A DNA stretch of 64,000 nucleotides, from the NCBI GenBank assembly GCA_905178155.1, contig CAJINV010000009.1:789349-853348 (forward strand). Direction: 5' to 3'. Shown here piece by piece: positions 47,144 to 57,500 of the stretch (positions are counted from its first letter, which is position 1; each line of letters begins with the position of its first letter). A model generated the notes under the pieces. It was not told where the DNA came from, searched no databases, and was given only the letters and a program-made list of their open reading frames with translations. The translations under genes and the position numbers were made by a program. This stretch comes from Amoebophrya sp. A120. Lineage: Eukaryota > Protista > Dinoflagellata.

Positions 47144-48438
47144 ATGGGGTGTTGCGCTAGTGCGGACTTCCGCGCAGCAGATCATGGCGCGAACAAAGCG
47201 GAGGATGCAGTTGTTGGCGGAGCTCATAAGGAAAACGAGAACAACGCTGATGTGAACGTCCTCGGAGCACCACTACTCCTCACCGATGTCGACGTCCAAG
47301 TGAACAATAAAGCAGGTGGAGGCGCCAAGGCCAATGGCACAACGAGTAATTTTGAGGACCCCGAAGCGCTTTTCTTTCAGTCTCTCGACGAACACACCAA
47401 CCAGGTTCTGCTGGACTCGCCCAAAAATGAACACCACAACGAAGATGTTGAGCAAGAGCAAACCGAAATGAAGAATGAAGAAAGCAGCAACAGCGTCCTG
47501 CTCGGGTCGCCAGTCGAAGGTAGCACGGCAAAAGGCTCTGCCGAAGCCGATGACAGCGCAAATACGATCATGAGAGACGACTCGGCACCGGTCCGCACCG
47601 ATAGCATGACGATCGTCCCGAACAAGACCAAGAACAGCCCGTCCGGTGCCGGTGAAGCCACAGCATCTACTTTCGCGACGCCCTCGAATCTGTTGGACCG
47701 GAAGAAAGTCGACGTGGATGCTGCTCTGCAGGTCTACCGGAAGTATGGAAGCGTCAGGTGGGAAATCGGCGACATGGACCTAACGTGCAACGCATTTGTT
47801 TTTTTAATTGCCAGCCTTAGTTAGCGTGTTTTCTTGGCTCCTCGTCAAATTTAGTGTTGCATGCGATGGACATGAAATTGGCCTCATTCTGAGCTTGCTA
47901 CGATTCTTCACTTGACGAGTTGCTGAGAAGCGTGGCACGAAGTTCTTTTATGACGGCTTCGGAAAAATTTGAATTTTCCTCGCGCCGCTTAGCAAGCAGA
48001 AATGGTGGCCGCCAGCAGCAGCACAACTCGTGTCGATTTTATAAGGCACAACAGAGGCCATTACAACTTATCAAGTCGCTTCGACGATTTTCCACTTAGT
48101 ACCACTTTCATAGAAAGGAGCTGGCGAGTAGTCCGGATCGCACTAGTAGCGTCCACGATGCAGAGGACTTTGCAGAAAACGTGAAGCCAAAGACCCTCGG
48201 TCTGACCGACACGCGGCCCAAGGGGGGTGTCCGGAAGGCCTTAGCCACCGAAAAACCGTCGAACTGGGTATCCAGGAAAAAACACCCATCCCCATCCATT
48301 TTTTGTATGACAAATAGTGGATTTCATGCATGTCTTGCATGACAAATTGGCTGGGGATGGGTGTTTTTTCCTGGATACTGGGTCCCCTTCGTCTCCAGCA
48401 TCCACCTCCGGCCGATTATGACATCGGAGAAAAGATAA
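47144..48438 (+). CDS. Hypothetical protein with N-terminal MGCC myristoylation/palmitoylation-type motif; exons 47144-47757, 48114-48268, 48383-48438
   Basis: MGCCAS start; GT-AG intron 47758-48113; element 48269-48377 carries an in-frame TGA and its removal gives KPSNW|VPFVSSIHLRPIMTSEKR*. Confidence 0.7.
48269..48377. mobile_element. Introner-like non-canonical intron, family B (109 bp), inverted relative to 18454-18562
   Basis: Perfect 26-bp TIR TATCCAGGAAAAAACACCCATCCCCA; direct repeat CTGGG 48264-48268/48378-48382; same length as the 18454 copy. Confidence 0.92.
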
Positions 48439-48927
48439 AATAAGTATAAGGCTGTTGCAGCTGCGTCGCCGGTTCGCAATAGTCTTTGCGTTTTTCGATT
48501 ATACTCCTACCTCTTTCTCTTTGCATGCGGACGGTGGCTCTGAAGCCTGTTCCCTGGGAGTAGACCAAGACCGCATCGTCCATCAAGAATTAGCATAACA
48601 AATTGACGAGGAGGTTATAATCAAAGCCAAAAAAAAGGCATGCAGCACATGCAGGAGGGCGGGTCCACAACGACAAGACGTAGAAAATAAACGAAAACTG
48701 AAAAATCAAAACGGCGATCGTGTTGAGCATGAAATATGGCCTTCAATTTTTCTTCCATATTTCTGAATTCCAGGAAAAAGACTACGGAAGAGCCTGTGGC
48801 TGAGGGCGACGAGGACTGATAGCCACTTTCGAGATAAACGAAGAAGACAAATTGCAGGGTGATGATAGAAGCAGAAGATTTTATAATCAATACGAGTCGT
48901 ATTAGACCAACATCAAACTCGTAACGA

Positions 48928-49534
48928 TCGCATTGCTCGTATTGGTCGCCTCGTATTGACGTGGCGCCAGAACCCCCAAGATAGGCCGTCTAGTAGCTGG
49001 ACCCGATTGGTATACCGCGACTGCGCCGCGAACGCCGAAGGTTTGGCACTATGTATCACTATGACGCTTGCGATAGAAGATATGGAAAAAAAAACGGGGC
49101 CGCGCCTTCGGCGCGGCGGGGTGCTCTTTAAAGTATAGGCGAATTTTTAGGTTGGTGCTTAGGCTCTACTAGTCATCTAGGTTGAAGGGCGGGCGCGAAT
49201 TAGGTTTGGCCCATCTGTCTCTGTCAACCCTGCGAGCCCTCCATGTCCACCACTGCGAGCCCTCCATGGGGGCTCAATTCTAGATGAGACAGGTCGCGCA
49301 AGTAGACTAGCAGTAGGCTTAGGGGCCTGGGCCTCAGGTTCAAACCTCCCTGCGTGGGCAGTAGGCCGACACTAGAAGCACGTCGCGCATTCTGAAGCCG
49401 TTGCGCGGTGTTCAATAATGATGATTGAATGATTGGCGATAGTATATAATAAATGGGAGGCGGAAGCAGCTGGGTGCGCTCGTACGGAGCTCGTATTGCT
49501 CGCATCGCTCGTATTGGTCGCCTCGTATTGACGT
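48928..49534. repeat. Non-coding segment bounded by ~35-bp direct repeats, with an internal GC hairpin and a short tandem duplication
   Basis: TCGCATYGCTCGTATTGGTCGCCTCGTATTGACGT at 48928-48962 and 49500-49534; hairpin GCCGCGCC-TTC-GGCGCGGC 49099-49117; CTGCGAGCCCTCCATG twice at ~49230-49268. Confidence 0.7.
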
Positions 49535-51793
49535 CAAAACCTTATAAAATCCTCTGTAGAAGCGAAAATGAAGTATATGCGGCGTAGCTCTCCGTAATTC
49601 ATCAGTCGCACCCACTTAACATCGTAGCAGTATTCGCATCATATAGACTTAGGCAGCAGCTAACAGATACAGAAGATGTGATGGCGATTATTTTGGTTCG
49701 AAATGTAGTGTAACTACCCGCCAGCAATACCTTACCATAGCTACATTGTTCAAAAAATCAATCTCGTTCAAGTTTTCAGCATTTACTCTGGCATCTGATC
49801 GTCCCGATCACTACGATAGACCAACAACTTCCATTAAAATTGTGTGTACGATAACGGTGAGAATGGTGCATAGACGAGAACTATAGAATGGCAAACGCGA
49901 TGACTTTGGCTGCGTGACATACATCTTCCTGATCTGACGTGTGCAAGTATGAGTAGCATATAAGAGTAAAGCGAAGCATCAACTATGATGATTTATTGGT
50001 TCGTGCTGGTCGTGCCGTCTAAAAGATCGAAAGTATCCTACTAACATGTAATAAAAATTTCTTGAAGACGAAGAATTGAGATTGACTTACATACGTCCTC
50101 CATGCAACGAGTAACCGAATGCACGCCCATGGCGCTGCAATCGCAATTCCTCTGTGCGCCGGTGTTTCCCTGGACTAGCAATGTTGCCCAAGTGCACGTG
50201 CCTACCTGTATGCCACTTTGTCCTTTTATTTTCGCAGGACGGTATTGAGTTTGGTCGTTGATAGGACCTCTCTTTTTTTTGAATCTTGACACCTTGACCT
50301 TCTTTTGCGTTTGATCGTCCGTTTTGGCTGTATAATCTTCGCCCTCGTTTGACTTTTGCTTTGCGAAGCCGCCTAGTTATGCACTGCCACGCCCGTGATC
50401 CCGTCATCTTTAAAAATGTCTCAGAAATGGCCTCAGGAATGTAAGGCGGAGGCAATTCCCACAACGCCGGCGCCCCTCATTGTGGTTGCAGGGAAGAGGG
50501 GCACACAAGGCGTCGAGCCGGGCCATCGCAAAGCAGCTTCCTCGAGACGCGGCGCCCGCTGCCGTATTTGGCGCATTTTTGTGGCGCGCAATGCAGGCCG
50601 CGGCTGGCGTTGACGTTCGGGCGCCGCCCGTTTGCCCCTTATCCCTTTGCCGGCCTCCCCTTGCATATATGGACGCGAAGTGCCGCAGCGCCACACTTGT
50701 CTGTGTCGGGCCTATCTTTGCCCGCTTTCGTTTTGTCGCAGGCGCGCCGGCGCCTTGTCCGCAGCCCGGTTCGAAGCATTGCAGGCGCCCCGTCTGCCCC
50801 TGCATTTCCGCCGCCCCGGCGGTTCAGTGCCTGCTCTGACAGGTTGGGACCTGCAGCGGGGCTGCCTCTGTAAGAAGGCAGTGTGCTGGCCTTGCCGCTG
50901 TTCCTTTCTTTGTTTCTGTGGCAGCCAGGCACGGGCCCGGCCTTGCTTTCTGCGCGGCGGACTGCTATTCTGGCCCTCCTCCCTTGTGGGCGGCAGGCAC
51001 GGCCGGCCTCACCCGGGAGGGCAACCAACTGCCGGCCTCCCATTGGTTGGCCGCCTGCCGGCGCCGCCTGGCCACAGCCGGGCGCTTCGTCAGCCCATTG
51101 TCGTGGCGCATTGCTTTCGCACGCGCAGGCGCGCCCCTTGGCGCGAGGGGGATTTTGCCCTGCTTCTCTAGATCACAGGGCCACCGTGTCACGCGCGTGA
51201 CACGGGCGGGCCCGGCTTCGTTTTTTCTCGTCTCTTGTTGGTCTTGGGTGGTTTGGTGGCAAGCAGAATTGCTGCAGTCAGTTTCCCTTCGCTTCTACCG
51301 CCAAAGCCCAGGGCGCTGTCGCGTGTGTGTGTCTATGATTGGCATCCAAGGCAGTCTTGGACCTGGGGCGAAGGCCTGCCTCAGGTCAGCCCGCGAGCCC
51401 CTCCCGGCTTCTGCCAGCCGGACCGGCCGCCGGCCGACAGCCAGGCAGGCGCCCCCGCGCGGGCCGTGTTGGCCTTGCTTGGATGCAAGTGCCGGCGAAG
51501 GCGTTGCAGCGGCTTCTGAGCAAAGCCGAACCGTATGAAGTTCACGGGGCTGCTGAACTCATTGGCGCAGCTACTGGCGCCATGTGTGGCGCCGCTCCTC
51601 TCCCTCGGCTGGCACGACTTAGGCGCCCCCTTCACCAACAAGAGCGGCGGCCAGCAGCCGGATGAAGCAGCAGCCGCCGGAGTTCGCGAGCCAGCGCGGC
51701 CCTCAGACCCAGAGTCCGACGATGGTGAGCGTTGAGGAGCCTGAGCGCCCCGATTACAGCTGGCCCTTTGTAGATATTGCGTAGAGCAAAACT

Positions 51794-51856
51794 CTATTTG
51801 GCTTGTGGAGGCCACACGTTGTAAGCTATCTGGCTTGTGGAGGCCACATGTTGTGA
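51794..51856. repeat. Tandem duplication of ~32 bp
   Basis: CTATYTGGCTTGTGGAGGCCACAYGTTGT occurs twice, followed by GAATCA-like short repeats. Confidence 0.8.
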
Positions 51857-52019
51857 ATCAGAATCAGAAACGTCGCGAATGAGAATCAGAATCATGGTGA
51901 ATGTGAATCGGGCTACGGTAGTAAAAAGGCCGCGAATGAAGCGAAAAAAATTGAAAGGACCGGGCCAAGAAAGTAGGCAAAAAAAAAGGCCAAAGCGAAG
52001 CCACACGCGCTGCCGGGTG

Positions 52020-52590
52020 CCGCATTTCTGTAGAGGGAGGAAAAATGCCGAGGCCTTCGCATTTTTTTCTTTGGGGAAAAAACCTGAGAGCGTTTGCATT
52101 TTTTTCCTTCAGGGAAAAACCTAAAAAAGTTCGCGCGATTTTCTATTACAAAAAAACCAAAAAAGCTGCGCGCGATTTTCTATTACAAAAAAACCAAAAA
52201 AGTTGCGCGCGATTTTCTTTTACAAAAAAACCCAAAAAAGCTGCGCGGGAATCCCCCCTCGAAAAAAACCAAAACCGAAGACGGGCCATTTTTCCTGCCT
52301 TTCCCCGATGGTATGAGGCCGATCAGGCCGGCGATTTTACACATTTCTGGCCTTTAGAAAATCGCGCGCAGCTTTTTGGGTTTTTTTGTAATAGAAAATC
52401 GCGCGCAACTTTTTTGGTTTTTTTGTAATAGAAAATCGCGCGCAGCTTTTTTGGTTTTTTTCTAAAAGAAAATCGCGCGAACTTTTTTAGGTTTTTCCCT
52501 GAAGGAAAAAAATGCAAACGCTTTCAGATTTTTTCCTGAAGGAGAAAAATGCAAAAGCCGCGACATTTTTTCCCCAATAGCAGAAATGGC
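52020..52590. repeat. Large imperfect palindrome (~230-bp arms, ~100-bp spacer) built from ~37-bp A-tract tandem repeats
   Basis: Unit GCGCGATTTTCTATTACAAAAAAACCAAAAAAGYT about 3x on the left, reverse-complemented on the right; ORFs 52094(+) and 52323(-) translate almost identically. Confidence 0.92.
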
Positions 52591-54542
52591 GCCACGATTT
52601 TCCGCGTTTCGGCTTTTTCTGGTGTTGCTTTTTCGCGGGTTTCGCAGTGCCCTTGCTGGTTTTTTTTCAGCTTTTCAGGATGCCCCTCATTCGTCTCTTA
52701 TATTCGGCAAGAATTGCCGTACGGATCAAGTTCATAATGATCGCCACAGCCACCCGAGAGTGAGGGAATCGATGGCAAATCCGTCCGAGATTGGCTCGAT
52801 CGATCTCGGGCGCGGGCCGTTGCGCCGTGGCGAACGAATCCGATCCCGTGAAAAAGATGCCTTTGCGTGAAGGCTGCAAAGGGTCAAAATTTTCGCGAAA
52901 CTGCGAAGAAGATCCGCGGCGCGGCAGTATTGACTTCTTTTCCGGTGTTATGTTGCAAGGCCGCGGCATCTCCAGAGCTAGCAGTTGTGGAGTGATCTAC
53001 AGAGCAGGCCCAGAGCGCTCCTCGCGCTTCTCATATCTCGGATGGATGTCCTGCAGAGCACGCCCCGGCCGATTGCTAAGACTGGGCACGTGAATACTGT
53101 CGGCCGGTCCGACGGAGGGGGGCCGGAATGGGCGGCCGGCGCTTCGGGCAGTTCTTCGGGATTTGGGCGCGGCCAGTGAGCACGCAGCGAACGAAGGGGC
53201 GAAGAACTGTGGCGGGCGGAGAGTCCGGCGCAAGATTGTGCAGGTTTTTGCGGGTAAAGAGCAGGGCTGTGGAAGCCCGGCCGGCCCGGCCGCCGGGCTC
53301 AGGATGTAGAAGCTTCGCGTGCCGCAGCTGTCGCTTGCGACCTTGGCCGGCGACACCTACCGACACCTACCGCACTGCGTTGATGGTAGGCGGCCCGGTG
53401 TGTGCCTTTGCAGGGGCAGGCCGCTGGCCCGGCGCGCTACCTAGCTGGGCACCTAGGGCAAGGCCGCCGATTGGGGGACGCGGGGAGGGTTTGGCCCGGT
53501 TTTTCTTTCTAGAGGGAAATCGTATGGGGGGGAAGAAGCCAGGGTCCCTCTCGGTTATTCCAAGGAAACCCGCGTGGCGTGTTTCTTACAAGCGCACAAG
53601 CAAAGGCGCGCCGGCGCGCTGGTTTGTATTTTCGCAGAAAGAAATTAGGAAACACGGCCCGCGCAACAGACGCAGGCCGCGGCGCGTGCTCGGACGGGCG
53701 GGCCGCACTGTGTGGGCCGCGCGCTCGCATGCGCGCCCTGTCAGCCGGCTACCAGCCGTCGCTCGCACGGATTGCCAGCCGGCCAACAGCTTTGCGCGCT
53801 GGGCGACCACCTTTGTCCTAACCAGCGCACAACACCCTCCGAGGGGCGCTCCCCGTTTTTCCGAACCGTGGCGCCATCGTGTCACGCGTGTGACGCGAGC
53901 GGCATGCGCTTCAGTTTTGCAGCGTGGTGGTGTAGGGCGCGCGCCCCGGGGGTTCGCCGGGTCTGTGGTTTTGGGCCTATATCTATTACCCGCGCCCAAT
54001 CTTCGCGCCGGCCGGCGGTCCGCCCATGTTTGTAGGTTGTCCAGGACGGCGCAGATAATTCCCGTGGCCCGCCATTCCGTTGCTATGGCGTGCTCATCGT
54101 GTCGCGCATCAGTGATGTGCGACGTATAAAAGCGACCAAGACGATGACTCCGATGCGCGGCGATATATGCAAAGTCGGGACATTTCTGAGCAGATTCCTG
54201 GAGCATTCCTGAGGCATTTCCAGACCTCCTCTGATCACGGGCGGTCCGTGAGTAACCTAGCTTTGGTTTAATTTCAACGAGTCTTTTTGGACATGAAGCA
54301 AATTACGTAGTGCAGCAGGAGCCTAAGCAGCTTTTACAACTTTTTTTTGCATGCATTCAGATTGAGCTATATATGTTTTGGAGAAGCGCATTTTACTATT
54401 TGACTGGCGGCCATTATGCCTGTTGCCCTTTTGACTTTCAAGTTTTCGTTTTGTGATATAAGTAATTAAAACCTTGAGCACGCATCTGCTAAAAACTTTA
54501 CCTTGACTCCGGAGGTACCAATACTTTTTGGTCAAACATAAC

Positions 54543-57500
54543 ATGGGAGACGTCCATCAGATTCAGAAACCTCAACGACTGAGGGTTCAGACGAGCGGAA
54601 GTAGACACTACGCGCACTATGCAGCCAGGCAGGCCTCGAGACAAAGACTCTTCGGACTCGCAACCCTCTGTTCCTCGACCTGCAGTGTCGTGTTTGGCCT
54701 TGGCGCGCTGTCACCAACGCCTGCGAGTGAGGAGCCGGATGACGTCGATTTCCAGACCGCGGCGTCATCCGCTTCAGCTGATAGCTACGCAGTATCGTTT
54801 GCCGGAGAAGACGAGCGATTCACACCGGTGATTCACCAGCGTGGCGTAGACCTTCCACCCACCTGCGGGTCGTCGTCTGGCCGCGACTCTTGCCCAGGAG
54901 ACCAGCATCAACATCAGGAAGCACGACGCTTGCCCGACAACATCAACCAGCACCACCAGCCGAATGACGAGGCAGACGCTGCAGCGGGACACGGTAATGT
55001 CGTGCGGCACCTCCGCGTCCCCATTTCTGGTTCGGCGCCCTCTCCTCCTCGTCCCCGCGACTCTCCTAGGCACTCCATCTCCAATCCTCGTGACCCTTAT
55101 GCAGGAGCGCCACTACTTCTACATCAGCGTCGACCTGCCGGCGTCGCACAGCTTCAGGACGACGAGGCGGAAGTCGCTGCGGGAGCACAGTCAAACGGCG
55201 ATACTGCAGCTGCAAGTCCAGTGCACGCGCAGACATCGATGACATCTTCTGCAATAGATGCCGTGACAAGGTCTCGGTTAAGCAGCGCGCGTGAGGACGC
55301 CGCTGCTCCTGCTTCACGACCGGGCTCACATCTGCAGGGTGCCACAATGCCAGGTGCTGCTGATGGTTCGACGGCAGCTACGTCACCTTCTACCGTGACT
55401 GCCGCAGCGGCAGCAGGAGGAGCCGATATTATTGGTAGCGCACATCCACATCCAGATCGTCGTGAACAACCTCAACCACGGCCTGCACAAGAACTCTACT
55501 ACACCAACTTACCAACAACTCCAGGCCCCCGGTTGGTGCACAAAAACACTTTCCTTGAACTCGTGGACCTGCCAGCAGAGGACGGCGAGGAAGACCAGAA
55601 CGGAGAGCCGCGCGCTGGCGGCGTGGGGTTCCCGTCCCCAGTGGAAAAAACATCAGGCAGTACGATGACCTCCTGCACGCAGACGCCGGCGAGCTTCGGT
55701 CGTTTCCCTTCCTCGGCCTGCTCCGGCGGATCGAGCCGCAGCAGAGCCTTGAGCACGCCCCCCGGTTTTTTTGCAGAATTTCTACGACTGGGAAAAGCGC
55801 GCGAGAGGCTGAGCATCACTGAGGCAGACGGCGCGGGTCGTGGTAGCAGAAATTACGTAGTTGGCGCGACTACACCCATCGACGCTGCTTCGGAACAACA
55901 AGCCTTTGAGACCGACGAAGAAAGACAGCTCTATTATTCACACAACGCACGCCGTGACGGACACGACGAAAACGCGACTGCGCAAGTAGCGGATCTTTTT
56001 CCTCCAAATGGCGCTGAGTACAGACCCATTTCCTCTAGCGATTTCCTTCCGCGGTACAGACGAAGCAGCGCCGAGCTTGGGCTTACAGGCTTTCGCACTA
56101 ATCGCCGCGTTCAGGACGGTCGAGAAGATGATTTGCCCGATGCCGCCGGTGGAACGAGTCGCAATTACAACTCTTCCGTCCAAGATACAGCGAGTTTTTT
56201 CCACGGCTCACCTTCTTCCGCTGCCGGGGAACTGCAGGCGGCGCCGTCTTCTAGCGGGAATAATTACACCGCAATGGAGGACAGAGCAGATGAGGGTGCG
56301 CGGATGTTGTGGCACGATTCGCCGCTCAACGGGCCGAGTAGCACGGAGGCGCCCTCGCCGGACGACGTCGGCTTGATGGACATCGACTTGTCCGGCGCGA
56401 ATAGCACCGGCGGAGACCGATACACAGAGGAGCTTCAACCCGGGCAAGGCGCTCTTCTATCCCATGAAGACGAGACTGATGTTGATGCAGCGCACATATG
56501 GGGCGACGGCTTTGCGACGCCCGAGCCTCAGTCACCCACAGCCGGTGGTTCCTACGCCCCATCATTTGGACATGCGATGCTGCACCAAATTCCCTACGTC
56601 CTCGTCCCGTCGGGAGGTGCAAGCAATCCTGTGGAAGAACATCACATGAACCAGGGTGACACTGTTCAGCAGCACAATCTCTTGCTCTTGGCGGGGCCAA
56701 GGGCGACAGAATCTTCTGAAAATCCACCTCGTGATGGTCCACCTGGAGTACAGCAATCTACGCCACGTACGCCATCCAATCGCGACGAGCAGGACGATCT
56801 TCACTTACTACCAATCGCGCCTCGACTCCATGATGTCCATCAAGAGGCAATTGCAAGCGTCGAAGCCGGCGCAGACAAGATATCGTCGGCGCGACCCAGC
56901 TCCAACGCGACTCTATCCTCGTCTCACCGCGAGCTCAACGCGAGCGCGAAAACTTTTGATCCTACTGCCGTCGCACATGACATCGTTATGTGTGCAAACG
57001 TCGCCGCCGCAGACGGTGCGAGATATTTCCAAAAGCATCTTGCCGATTTTCAAAGGGCTCGAGAAGAACAGGAAGAAGCTCGCCTCTCTCCTGAGACTGT
57101 AGAGACCTCAAAGGCACAGCAAGTTGAGCGCTCTAGTAGTGCGTCGGAGCCTCCCCCTTCTATGCCTGCTCCTGCATTGCAGCCGGAGTCCGCCGCCTCG
57201 GATCATCTGGACTTGGTCACCGGCATGTTGCAGGAGCAAGCAGAGTTCCAGGACGCGCACCCTGCAGCAGCGCAGAGCGCCGCGACGCAGTTGTACCAGG
57301 AAGCGTACGCGCAGATGGAGCAGCAGCGGCAGCTCGCTTGGCAGCAGCACTACTGGCACATGGTGCAGGTGTACCCCATGCACGAAGGTGAGTCCGTGGA
57401 GAAATACCAACAACGATTGGTGCACATCGTCGAGATGCTCCAGAAATACCACCTGCAAACCTGTCTCTACCAGCAACTCATCTACCAGCAGGTCCTCTTA

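Larger units (their letters stand above)
50390..54243. mobile_element. Putative ~3.9-kb GC-rich foldback-like element with inverted ends and a central palindrome
   Basis: CGCCCGTGATC..GAAATGGCCTCAGGAATG at the left end is mirrored by CATTCCTGAGGCATTTC..GATCACGGGCG at the right end; their midpoint coincides with the large palindrome at ~52300; no credible protein ORF. Confidence 0.45.

Noticed and set aside
52120-52490. Regular ~37-bp repeats that might suggest a CRISPR array
   Set aside because: Head-to-tail units without unique spacers, eukaryotic context and no cas genes.
50395-54206. Many overlapping Arg/Pro/Gly/Ala-rich ORFs, up to 333 aa
   Set aside because: Expected from very high GC content, open in several frames on both strands, with no recognisable motifs such as a transposase or reverse transcriptase.
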